From: Promethearchaeota archaeon
GTDB taxonomy: Archaea; Asgardarchaeota; Thorarchaeia; Thorarchaeales; Thorarchaeaceae
NCBI GenBank assembly: GCA_027031765.1
Contig: JALVPN010000056.1
Coordinates: 1-5,968, forward strand
DNA length: 5,968 nt
Direction of reading: 5' to 3'
In this document: positions 1 through 5,325 of the stretch, piece by piece
Numbering within the stretch: position 1 is the stretch's first letter
Layout: each line of letters opens with the position of its first letter
Notes under the pieces: generated by a model
The model's input: only the letters and a program-made list of their open reading frames with translations
Told to the model about the DNA's origin: nothing
Database searches by the model: none
Position numbers and translations under genes: made by a program

Positions 1-3
1 TGT

Positions 4-774
4 TCAGCAGAAGAACTCTTGTTCGAGGACTCTCTCGTCACCATCAACCGTAATCCTGCGGACAAGCCTCCCACGTTTCTTTGCGAGGCGCCGTTTCTCA
101 CTGAACGAGAGCGACGGGTCATTTGGCACTTCGATGTCCTCTATTACTATCTCGTGGTCAATGGCTACCTTCTTTGTCTTCTCGGTCACGCTGTCACGCA
201 TGTCTGGGAGGAGCTCTGACAGGAGCAACTGCATCACCTCGGGCGTGTTTGCAAGGGCGCCCTTGGTGAATGTCGGGTCCTTCTTTTTCTCCTCGCCACC
301 AGAGTCTGGGGCCCCTCGTTTCGGGAACGAGGTCTTTGTGGCCACCTTCCAGGGCTTGGTGCCATCGCTAGGGCTCACTGACAAGAGGAAGAACGTGGTT
401 GCCCCGTCGAGGTCGAGCAGGGCCTTCAGGTCGGACAGCTGGACGAGCTCCTTGACCTTGGCCTTGAACACGGGTGCACCCTTCCCCTTTGAACGGCTGA
501 AGTACAGTGGTACGGGGAGTGCCTTGAACTCCTCAGTACGGTCAGTGTATGTTATCACTTGTCCAGACACCTTGTGCAGCCCTTCTGGTGCAGTGGAGGC
601 ATACGTCCGCAGGAACACCTTCTCCAGGTCCAGGTCTGCCTTGAAGGTGATGCGAGACCTGCTCACCGTGAGCCTGACACGTGGCCCGGGGTGCGTCCCG
701 ATACCGTACTTCACCAGCTTTGCATGTGCGAACTCGTCAGCGGCCCCGTTGATGATCTTGGCAACCCAGTCCAT
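4..774 (-). CDS. Uncharacterised soluble protein, 256 aa, with basic patches
   Basis: Complete ORF from ATG 774 to TGA 6-4. It has an SD-like AGGGAG (785-780) 5 nt before the ATG and a TATA-like TTTAAAT (817-811). Composition is globular and there is no TM segment. The C-terminus (HEIVIEDIEVP...RRLAKKRGRLVRRITVDG...EFF) resembles, from memory and unverified, a conserved hypothetical family of other uncultured archaea. Confidence 0.85.
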   Translation of the reverse strand: MDWVAKIINGAADEFAHAKLVKYGIGTHPGPRVRLTVSRSRITFKADLDLEKVFLRTYASTAPEGLHKVSGQVITYTDRTEEFKALPVPLYFSRSKGKGAPVFKAKVKELVQLSDLKALLDLDGATTFFLLSVSPSDGTKPWKVATKTSFPKRGAPDSGGEEKKKDPTFTKGALANTPEVMQLLLSELLPDMRDSVTEKTKKVAIDHEIVIEDIEVPNDPSLSFSEKRRLAKKRGRLVRRITVDGDERVLEQEFFC

Positions 775-779
775 GACTG

Positions 780-817
780 CTCCCTAGGCAGACGCGCGCG
801 CGTGCAGGCGATTTAAA
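780..817 (-). promoter_or_regulatory. TATA-like box (TTTAAAT, 817-811) and SD-like AGGGAG (785-780) of the 256-aa gene
   Basis: This is the only AT-rich island in a GC-rich spacer. The spacing to the SD and ATG fits an archaeal promoter with a short leader. Confidence 0.7.
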
Positions 818-861
818 GATACCGCGGGCGCAGTCCGTCCGGGCCGGTGGTGGCATCTCAC

Positions 862-875
862 ACGACACCCTTGAG
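862..875. repeat. Copy 1 of a 14-nt direct repeat ACGAC[A/C]CCCTTGAG (copy 2 at 2670-2683)
   Basis: acgacacccttgag (862-875) versus acgacccccttgag (2670-2683): 13/14 identical, same orientation, one copy on each side of the DASS ORF. Confidence 0.55.
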
Positions 876-904
876 GGTCTAGGACCTGACAGCACAGGGA
901 CTGA

Positions 905-2635
905 CTACAGTGTTACGAGCCCAAGTGCCGCCCAGAGGAACACGGCGCCGACCGTGAGCACCAGGAGTGCTATCAGGTCTACTACGAGGCCTGTACTGAC
1001 CATCTCGTGCATGTCCACGCGGCCTGTGGCGTAGGCAATGGTCGAGGGCGGAGTGCCTGTGGGTAGGGCGAAGTCCATTGAGACGCCGATGGCAATGACC
1101 ATTGTCAGGAGTAGCGGGTCCATGTCAAGGGCTGACGCCAGCGGTATCGCTATCGGGATGAGGATGACTGCTGCGCCCGTATTGGAGGCCACCATGGTTA
1201 TGACAATCGCAAGTGCCCCAACGACGACGACCACCAACAGCGGCGGCAAGACACCGAGGCCGCCCATGTGCTGTGCGAGGTACGCGGACACTCCGGTGTC
1301 AATCATTGCCCCGCCGAGCGCAATCCCACCGCCAAGGATGAGCAGCGCCGACCAGTTCACCTCTGAGGACACGTCGTGTTCGTCGAGCAGGCCGAGCACG
1401 AGCAGGGCCAGTCCCCCCATCAGTGCGACGATGGAACTGGGTATGCCGTGTCCAGGCCACCCGGTGGCCCCTACAATGAAGTCCGGCAGTTTCTCAGTGG
1501 ACCACAGACACACCACTGACGCAAAGACCGCCACCACGGCCTTCTGCTGCACTGTCATGGGGCCGAGGCGCAGGTACTCCTCCTCCGACACCGCCCTGAG
1601 GTCTTCGGTCGCACCCGGCTGACGCGGCACACGGAACCGCAGGAGCAGCCACTGCCACACCACCGGGAGCATTACCAGTACGACCGGCAGGCCGAATGGT
1701 ATCCAGTCTGCAAACGAGAACTCCATGCCGAGGAACGAGCTGATGTACGCGGCTGCGAGGGGGTTCGGCGGGGAGCCCACCAGGCTCGCCACACCGCCCA
1801 GGGTCGCAGAGTATGCGACACCGAGGACTAGGGCCTTGCCATACCTTGACCTGATGTCATCGTCGCGGATGCGTGAGACCACCGCTAGGGCTATGGGTAT
1901 CATGATCGCAGCGGACGCGGTATTGCTGATCCACATCGACAGGAATGCGGTGACCCCCATCACTGTGAGGACGAGTCGGGGCCCCGAGTCTGCGCTACGA
2001 GAGAGTATCAGCAGGGCCAGCCGCTTGTCGAGTTCGTACTTGCTCAGTGCACATCCTATCATGAAGCCGCCCAGGATGAGTGCCACTGCCGGGTCAAAGA
2101 AGGACATCAGGGCCTCCTGTGGTGTCCTTATGTTGGTCAGCACCACTGCGATGGGTATGAGTATTGAGGTAGCAACGAGGCTTATCCCCTCTGAGAACCA
2201 CAACACGGCCACCACACCCAGTAGCATGACGGCCGCCCTGGACCTGACAAGGGGCTGGTACTCGATGGTGAACGTCTGCCCTGACTGCCTTGTGGGTCGC
2301 AGTGTGACGTTGAAGCCCTCACCGTTGCTGATGGTGGCATGTATCTGGTCGGCCCTGAGCGGCGCACCCGTGGCCGTGACCACGATGACCACCTTGCTCT
2401 TCGGGGCGACTGGCACGACTGACCTTGCTGTGACGCTGATGTTCGTTGCAGCCCCGACTAGCTCGTAGGTGACGTCCTCCGGGCTGCCCTCGTTGACAAG
2501 CGTCAGGTTGTGGTCGTGGGTGGCGGAAACCCCGGGTGCATCGACCGACACCCGGACAGTATAGTTGCCCGGCTGGATGTCGGGTGGTGCAATGTTGTAG
2601 AGCACGAGTCCGACCACCAGTGCGACCACGAGCAT
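905..2635 (-). CDS. DASS/SLC13 family divalent anion:Na+ symporter (di/tricarboxylate or sulfate transporter), 576 aa from ATG 2635; alternative CTG start at 2665 (586 aa)
   Basis: Highly hydrophobic polytopic protein carrying the family hallmarks: W-x-x-E after TM2 (LWFSEGIS), two SNT hairpin-tip motifs (SMWISNTA at 1927-1919; MVASNTGA at 1186-1178), GSPPN (1777-1763), LPTGTPPS (1054-1043) and W..L.L.GGG.ALG. The substrate cannot be assigned from sequence. Confidence 0.95.
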   Translation of the reverse strand: MLVVALVVGLVLYNIAPPDIQPGNYTVRVSVDAPGVSATHDHNLTLVNEGSPEDVTYELVGAATNISVTARSVVPVAPKSKVVIVVTATGAPLRADQIHATISNGEGFNVTLRPTRQSGQTFTIEYQPLVRSRAAVMLLGVVAVLWFSEGISLVATSILIPIAVVLTNIRTPQEALMSFFDPAVALILGGFMIGCALSKYELDKRLALLILSRSADSGPRLVLTVMGVTAFLSMWISNTASAAIMIPIALAVVSRIRDDDIRSRYGKALVLGVAYSATLGGVASLVGSPPNPLAAAYISSFLGMEFSFADWIPFGLPVVLVMLPVVWQWLLLRFRVPRQPGATEDLRAVSEEEYLRLGPMTVQQKAVVAVFASVVCLWSTEKLPDFIVGATGWPGHGIPSSIVALMGGLALLVLGLLDEHDVSSEVNWSALLILGGGIALGGAMIDTGVSAYLAQHMGGLGVLPPLLVVVVVGALAIVITMVASNTGAAVILIPIAIPLASALDMDPLLLTMVIAIGVSMDFALPTGTPPSTIAYATGRVDMHEMVSTGLVVDLIALLVLTVGAVFLWAALGLVTL

Positions 2636-2669
2636 GACCGGAGTGCGCCTCGATACGTGTGACAGTGGG

Positions 2670-2683
2670 ACGACCCCCTTGAG
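2670..2683. repeat. Copy 2 of the 14-nt direct repeat; on the minus strand it contains the SD-like AAGGGGGT (2680-2673)
   Basis: Direct sequence comparison with 862-875. Confidence 0.55.
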
Positions 2684-2704
2684 ATAGTCTCACGCACGTC
2701 CTGC

Positions 2705-2710
2705 TAATAA
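2705..2710 (-). promoter_or_regulatory. TATA-like box (TTATTA) of the DASS gene
   Basis: AT-rich hexamer about 25 nt upstream of the purine tract at 2680, matching the layout of the other genes. Confidence 0.55.
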
Positions 2711-2724
2711 CAGCGGCCCTGTGG

Positions 2725-2742
2725 CAGTATACTGTGGGGGGC
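2725..2742 (-). repeat. Intergenic motif GCCCCCCACAGTATACTG, including the perfect 10-bp palindrome CAGTATACTG (2725-2734); second copy at 5326-5343 (+)
   Basis: 16/18 identity with gccccccacactgtactg at 5326-5343. Confidence 0.55.
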
Positions 2743-2764
2743 GCGGCCTGACATGGTGCAAATG

Positions 2765-3127
2765 TCAGTCCACCGGACGGTGCTCCACGATACGTTCCAC
2801 ATGCGACATCGGCATCATGAGCCCCTTGGTGCCGATTATGGTCATTGTCTTCTCTATCAGGCGCCCTGTCCTCCTGTCGAGCAGGTCACAGAGCTCGGTG
2901 AACTTGTCGATAGGCCCTTCGTACAACGTGAACCCAGTGAAGTCGGTGCCAAAAGCGTTGCCGGCCTCCATGACAATCCTCATCCCCTCCGGCAGTGTCC
3001 TGCGTATCTCCGTCCACTCCTTCATCCACTGGCGCTTCTCGTCTTCGGTCAGTGTCCTTATCCGGTACAGGACGAGGTATACGAAGTCGGGCCTTCGTCC
3101 CTCACTGGCGGACTGTCCCTGCGTCAT
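2765..3127 (-). CDS. Small hypothetical protein (~120 aa) with a predicted ferredoxin-like (beta-alpha-beta-beta-alpha-beta) dimeric alpha+beta barrel-type fold
   Basis: This is the protein-like part of track ORF 2765..3256. Alternating strands and amphipathic helices: FVYLVLYRIR / EDEKRQWMKEWTEIRR / PEG / MRIVME / GFTLYEG / IDKFTELCDLL / IEKTMTII. ATG 3127 is preceded by SD-like AAGAGTGGA. The 43 upstream codons look non-coding, although ATG 3247 remains a possible start. Confidence 0.75.
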   Translation of the reverse strand: MTQGQSASEGRRPDFVYLVLYRIRTLTEDEKRQWMKEWTEIRRTLPEGMRIVMEAGNAFGTDFTGFTLYEGPIDKFTELCDLLDRRTGRLIEKTMTIIGTKGLMMPMSHVERIVEHRPVD

Positions 3128-3270
3128 GGCGTCCACTCTTGCAGGACGACTTATCACGGTTGCGCTGTTCCTGTGGACCGCCGTCAGGGATGCCCCGGAG
3201 GGCCGCACCGCATCCACAGGTGCGACAGTGCCCGACGAGAGCCCCATATGTTTCACTGGACACGTACAGC

Positions 3271-3276
3271 TTATAA
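3271..3276. promoter_or_regulatory. Palindromic TATA box TTATAA in the divergent spacer; promoter of the MFS gene and possibly also of the minus-strand gene
   Basis: TTATAA lies 27 nt before the purine tract AAGGGAGAG (3304-3312), which precedes in-frame GTG 3320. Confidence 0.65.
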
Positions 3277-3319
3277 CCGGGATGTGTACGGAGCAGTCAC
3301 CTCAAGGGAGAGTCTGCAA

Positions 3320-4555
3320 GTGGGACTTCGCGCATCTGGTCACGCACTGAACCTAATGGCACTGTACCTTGTCACCATGATAATGAGGGCGTCCTTCTAC
3401 ATCACGATTGCCGTCATCCAGAGCAGACGGTACATGGGTGGTGGTCTCGAAATCTGGGAGATTGGCCTTGTCATGGTCGTCTATCCCGTTGCCGAGCTGA
3501 CCACGGTCTCGTTCTTCGGGTCGTACAGCGACAAGGTCGGCAGGAGGCCCATCCTGATTGCCAGCCTTTTCCTCACAGGCGTCGCAGCATATCTCTTTGC
3601 CATTGCACCCACGCCCCTCGTCCTCCTCGGCTTCTCGGCCATATTCGGTATTGCTGCCGCCTCGAAGGTCTCCACCACCCTGTCAATGATTGCGGACATG
3701 TCTGGTGAGGGGAACCGGGCGCGCCTGATGGGCTACTATGACCTCTCTACACTTATGGGCCTAGCGGGGGGCTACGGTTTTGGCATGATACTGCTGCATT
3801 TTGGCTGGCACCCCGTGACGGTGCTCGTCGGGGCTGAGTGGGCATGTATCGTCAGTGGCATCGTCGCCCTTGCGACAATCCGAGAGACCAAGAGCCATGT
3901 CCATGTCGACCTGGGGGTCATGGACCTCATCGGCAAGGTGGCACGTGACCCCCGGGTCCAGAAGCTGGTGCCTGTCTATGTCCCCATAATCTCAATGTAC
4001 GGGATACTGATAACTTACGCTGAGCACATCCTTGAGAACGAGTTCGTGTTGGAGTCGACAGAGCTGCTGCTACTCTTCGGCATGCTCGGCGGCGCCCTCG
4101 TCCTCGGCATCATAGTCATGGGGCACCTCTCCGACCACCTGATGTTGAGACGGCCGTTCATCGCAGCCGGCCTCGTGGGCTTTGGTGTCCTCGGCTACCT
4201 GCTCGTGGCACACACTGAGGATGTGTCCGTCCTGTGGAGCATATGGCCCGTTGTCCCAGCCCTGGCATTCCTCGCTGGCTCCTTTCCACCCGCGGCCATG
4301 GCCTACCTGACAGATGTCTCGGAGTCGGAGTCCCGTGGCACCACAATGGGCGTGTACAGTGTCTTCTTTGGCACGGGCATGATAGTCGGGCCCGCTATGG
4401 GGGCGTTTGTATACCAGCTCTATGGCCTGGAAGGACTTGCGGTCTTGGTGGCCGTGATAATTGTGGTGGCCCTGTTCGGGACGTACAGGATGCCCGAAGT
4501 GCACCACACCAGCACTGTCCCTACCGACCATGCTGGCACCACAGTCGCTCCGTGA
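3320..4555 (+). CDS. Major facilitator superfamily transporter (MFS_1/DHA1-like), ~411 aa
   Basis: About 12 hydrophobic segments, motif A GSYSDKVGRRP after TM2, its C-domain counterpart GHLSDHLMLRRP, and a closing G..MG.Y......G...GP.MG segment. The start is placed at GTG 3320 because SD AAGGGAGAG lies at 3304-3312; ATG 3356 is an alternative. The first 189 codons of the 600-aa track ORF are the antisense shadow of the 2765-3127 gene plus the promoter spacer. Confidence 0.92.
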   Translation: MGLRASGHALNLMALYLVTMIMRASFYITIAVIQSRRYMGGGLEIWEIGLVMVVYPVAELTTVSFFGSYSDKVGRRPILIASLFLTGVAAYLFAIAPTPLVLLGFSAIFGIAAASKVSTTLSMIADMSGEGNRARLMGYYDLSTLMGLAGGYGFGMILLHFGWHPVTVLVGAEWACIVSGIVALATIRETKSHVHVDLGVMDLIGKVARDPRVQKLVPVYVPIISMYGILITYAEHILENEFVLESTELLLLFGMLGGALVLGIIVMGHLSDHLMLRRPFIAAGLVGFGVLGYLLVAHTEDVSVLWSIWPVVPALAFLAGSFPPAAMAYLTDVSESESRGTTMGVYSVFFGTGMIVGPAMGAFVYQLYGLEGLAVLVAVIIVVALFGTYRMPEVHHTSTVPTDHAGTTVAP

Positions 4556-4590
4556 GCTCTTCCAGAGGGCCCGGTCTGTTTGAGCAACAG

Positions 4591-4639
4591 TTAATAGATG
4601 GCCCGCAGTGTAGGAACAAACAGACTCCTCAAAGGGGAG
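4591..4639 (+). promoter_or_regulatory. TATA-like TTAATA (4591-4596) and SD-like AAAGGGGAG (4631-4639) of the 6-TM gene
   Basis: AT-rich box in the 91-nt spacer. The SD is 7 nt from ATG 4647 and only 1 nt from ATG 4641. Confidence 0.55.
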
Positions 4640-4646
4640 AATGAAG

Positions 4647-5264
4647 ATGGTTAGGCTCACGACAATAAGCAACATACTTGCTGGTATTGGACTTGCTGTG
4701 CTCGGCTTCTCCATTGGCCTGAAGTACCTCCTTGAGAGCCTCAACGTTTCCAACACCTCATACCCGTTCTACATGTGGGTGGGTGGAGCTGGCATCTTGG
4801 GGATTGTTGTCCTCTTCACAATCATCAATACGTTCACGGAGATTACGGGCTACGTCCACCCGATGGACAAGCTCGTCGGCAACATGTTCGTCTTCCTGTT
4901 TGCAATTGCGGCCATCCTTGCATTCGGGATCCTTGACGAGGGTGTACTCTATCAGGAGATGCTTTTCGGCGTTGCATCCATGATAGTCATCGCCTTTGTG
5001 TTCCTCTTCATATTCGTGTACTTCAGCTCCACCATCCTTGAGGGTGAAGAGACGGGCCAGCTCAAGGAGATGACCGCCAGGTTCATGATGGTCAGCCTCG
5101 TCCTGGGTGCCATCATGGCTGTGGTGAAGGTCGGCCTAGACTATGTCTACACGACCTACAAGTACTCGTTTGCAGCACTGATCCTTGGCGGAGTTGCCCT
5201 TGGCCTCGTCGTAATCATCGCACTCATCCTCATCCGGAAGTACGAGCCGGTCGGTGGTGAGTGA
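4647..5264 (+). CDS. Hypothetical integral membrane protein, 205 aa (207 aa from ATG 4641), 6 predicted TM helices
   Basis: Six hydrophobic stretches separated by short polar loops, basic residues at both termini (MVR..., ...IRK) and a good SD. I recognise no family motif. Confidence 0.88.
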   Translation: MVRLTTISNILAGIGLAVLGFSIGLKYLLESLNVSNTSYPFYMWVGGAGILGIVVLFTIINTFTEITGYVHPMDKLVGNMFVFLFAIAAILAFGILDEGVLYQEMLFGVASMIVIAFVFLFIFVYFSSTILEGEETGQLKEMTARFMMVSLVLGAIMAVVKVGLDYVYTTYKYSFAALILGGVALGLVVIIALILIRKYEPVGGE

Positions 5265-5280
5265 ACTACCTGTACTGTCC

Positions 5281-5300
5281 GGTGGGGTGTCTTCCCCACC
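5281..5300 (+). other. GC-rich hairpin GGTGGGG-tgtctt-CCCCACC 16 nt after the stop codon, followed by a C-rich tract; possible terminator or 3' stability element
   Basis: Perfect 7-bp stem with a 6-nt loop seen in the sequence. There is no oligo-T tract, so a terminator role is uncertain. Confidence 0.4.
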
Positions 5301-5325
5301 ACTCCCACCCAGCCCCTGCTAGATA

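Noticed and set aside
4-9. C-terminal Cys-TGA of the 256-aa gene as a possible Cys-Sec redox motif
   Set aside because: The protein has no other redox features, the downstream sequence is outside the window, and an ordinary stop is the simpler reading.
134-787. 217-aa plus-strand ORF, and also 19..219 and 559..816
   Set aside because: Antisense shadows of the 256-aa gene with Ser/Arg-biased composition and no promoter or SD support.
1038-2468. Plus-strand ORFs 1038..1622 and 1725..2468, and alternative-frame ORFs 2182..2367, 2319..2693 and 2503..2697
   Set aside because: They overlap the DASS gene, whose family motifs are unambiguous. Long antisense ORFs are expected opposite GC-rich hydrophobic genes.
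2753-3319. His-rich N-terminal third of the 600-aa ORF, suggesting a soluble domain fused to the MFS transporter
   Set aside because: It lies antisense to the well-formed 2765-3127 gene and runs through the TTATAA promoter and SD of the MFS gene. MFS homology begins only at about 3320. This is a shadow-frame artefact.
3128-3319. Known riboswitch (TPP, fluoride, FMN) upstream of the transporters
   Set aside because: I could not find the conserved core sequences of these classes on either strand by eye. An Infernal/Rfam scan would be needed to exclude them formally.
4070-4983. ORFs 4070..4756 (-), 4158..4346 (-), 4234..4644 (+) and 4732..4983 (+), and also 3481..3699 (-), 2721..3350 (+) and 2995..3276 (+)
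   Set aside because: All overlap better-supported genes and show no recognisable motifs.
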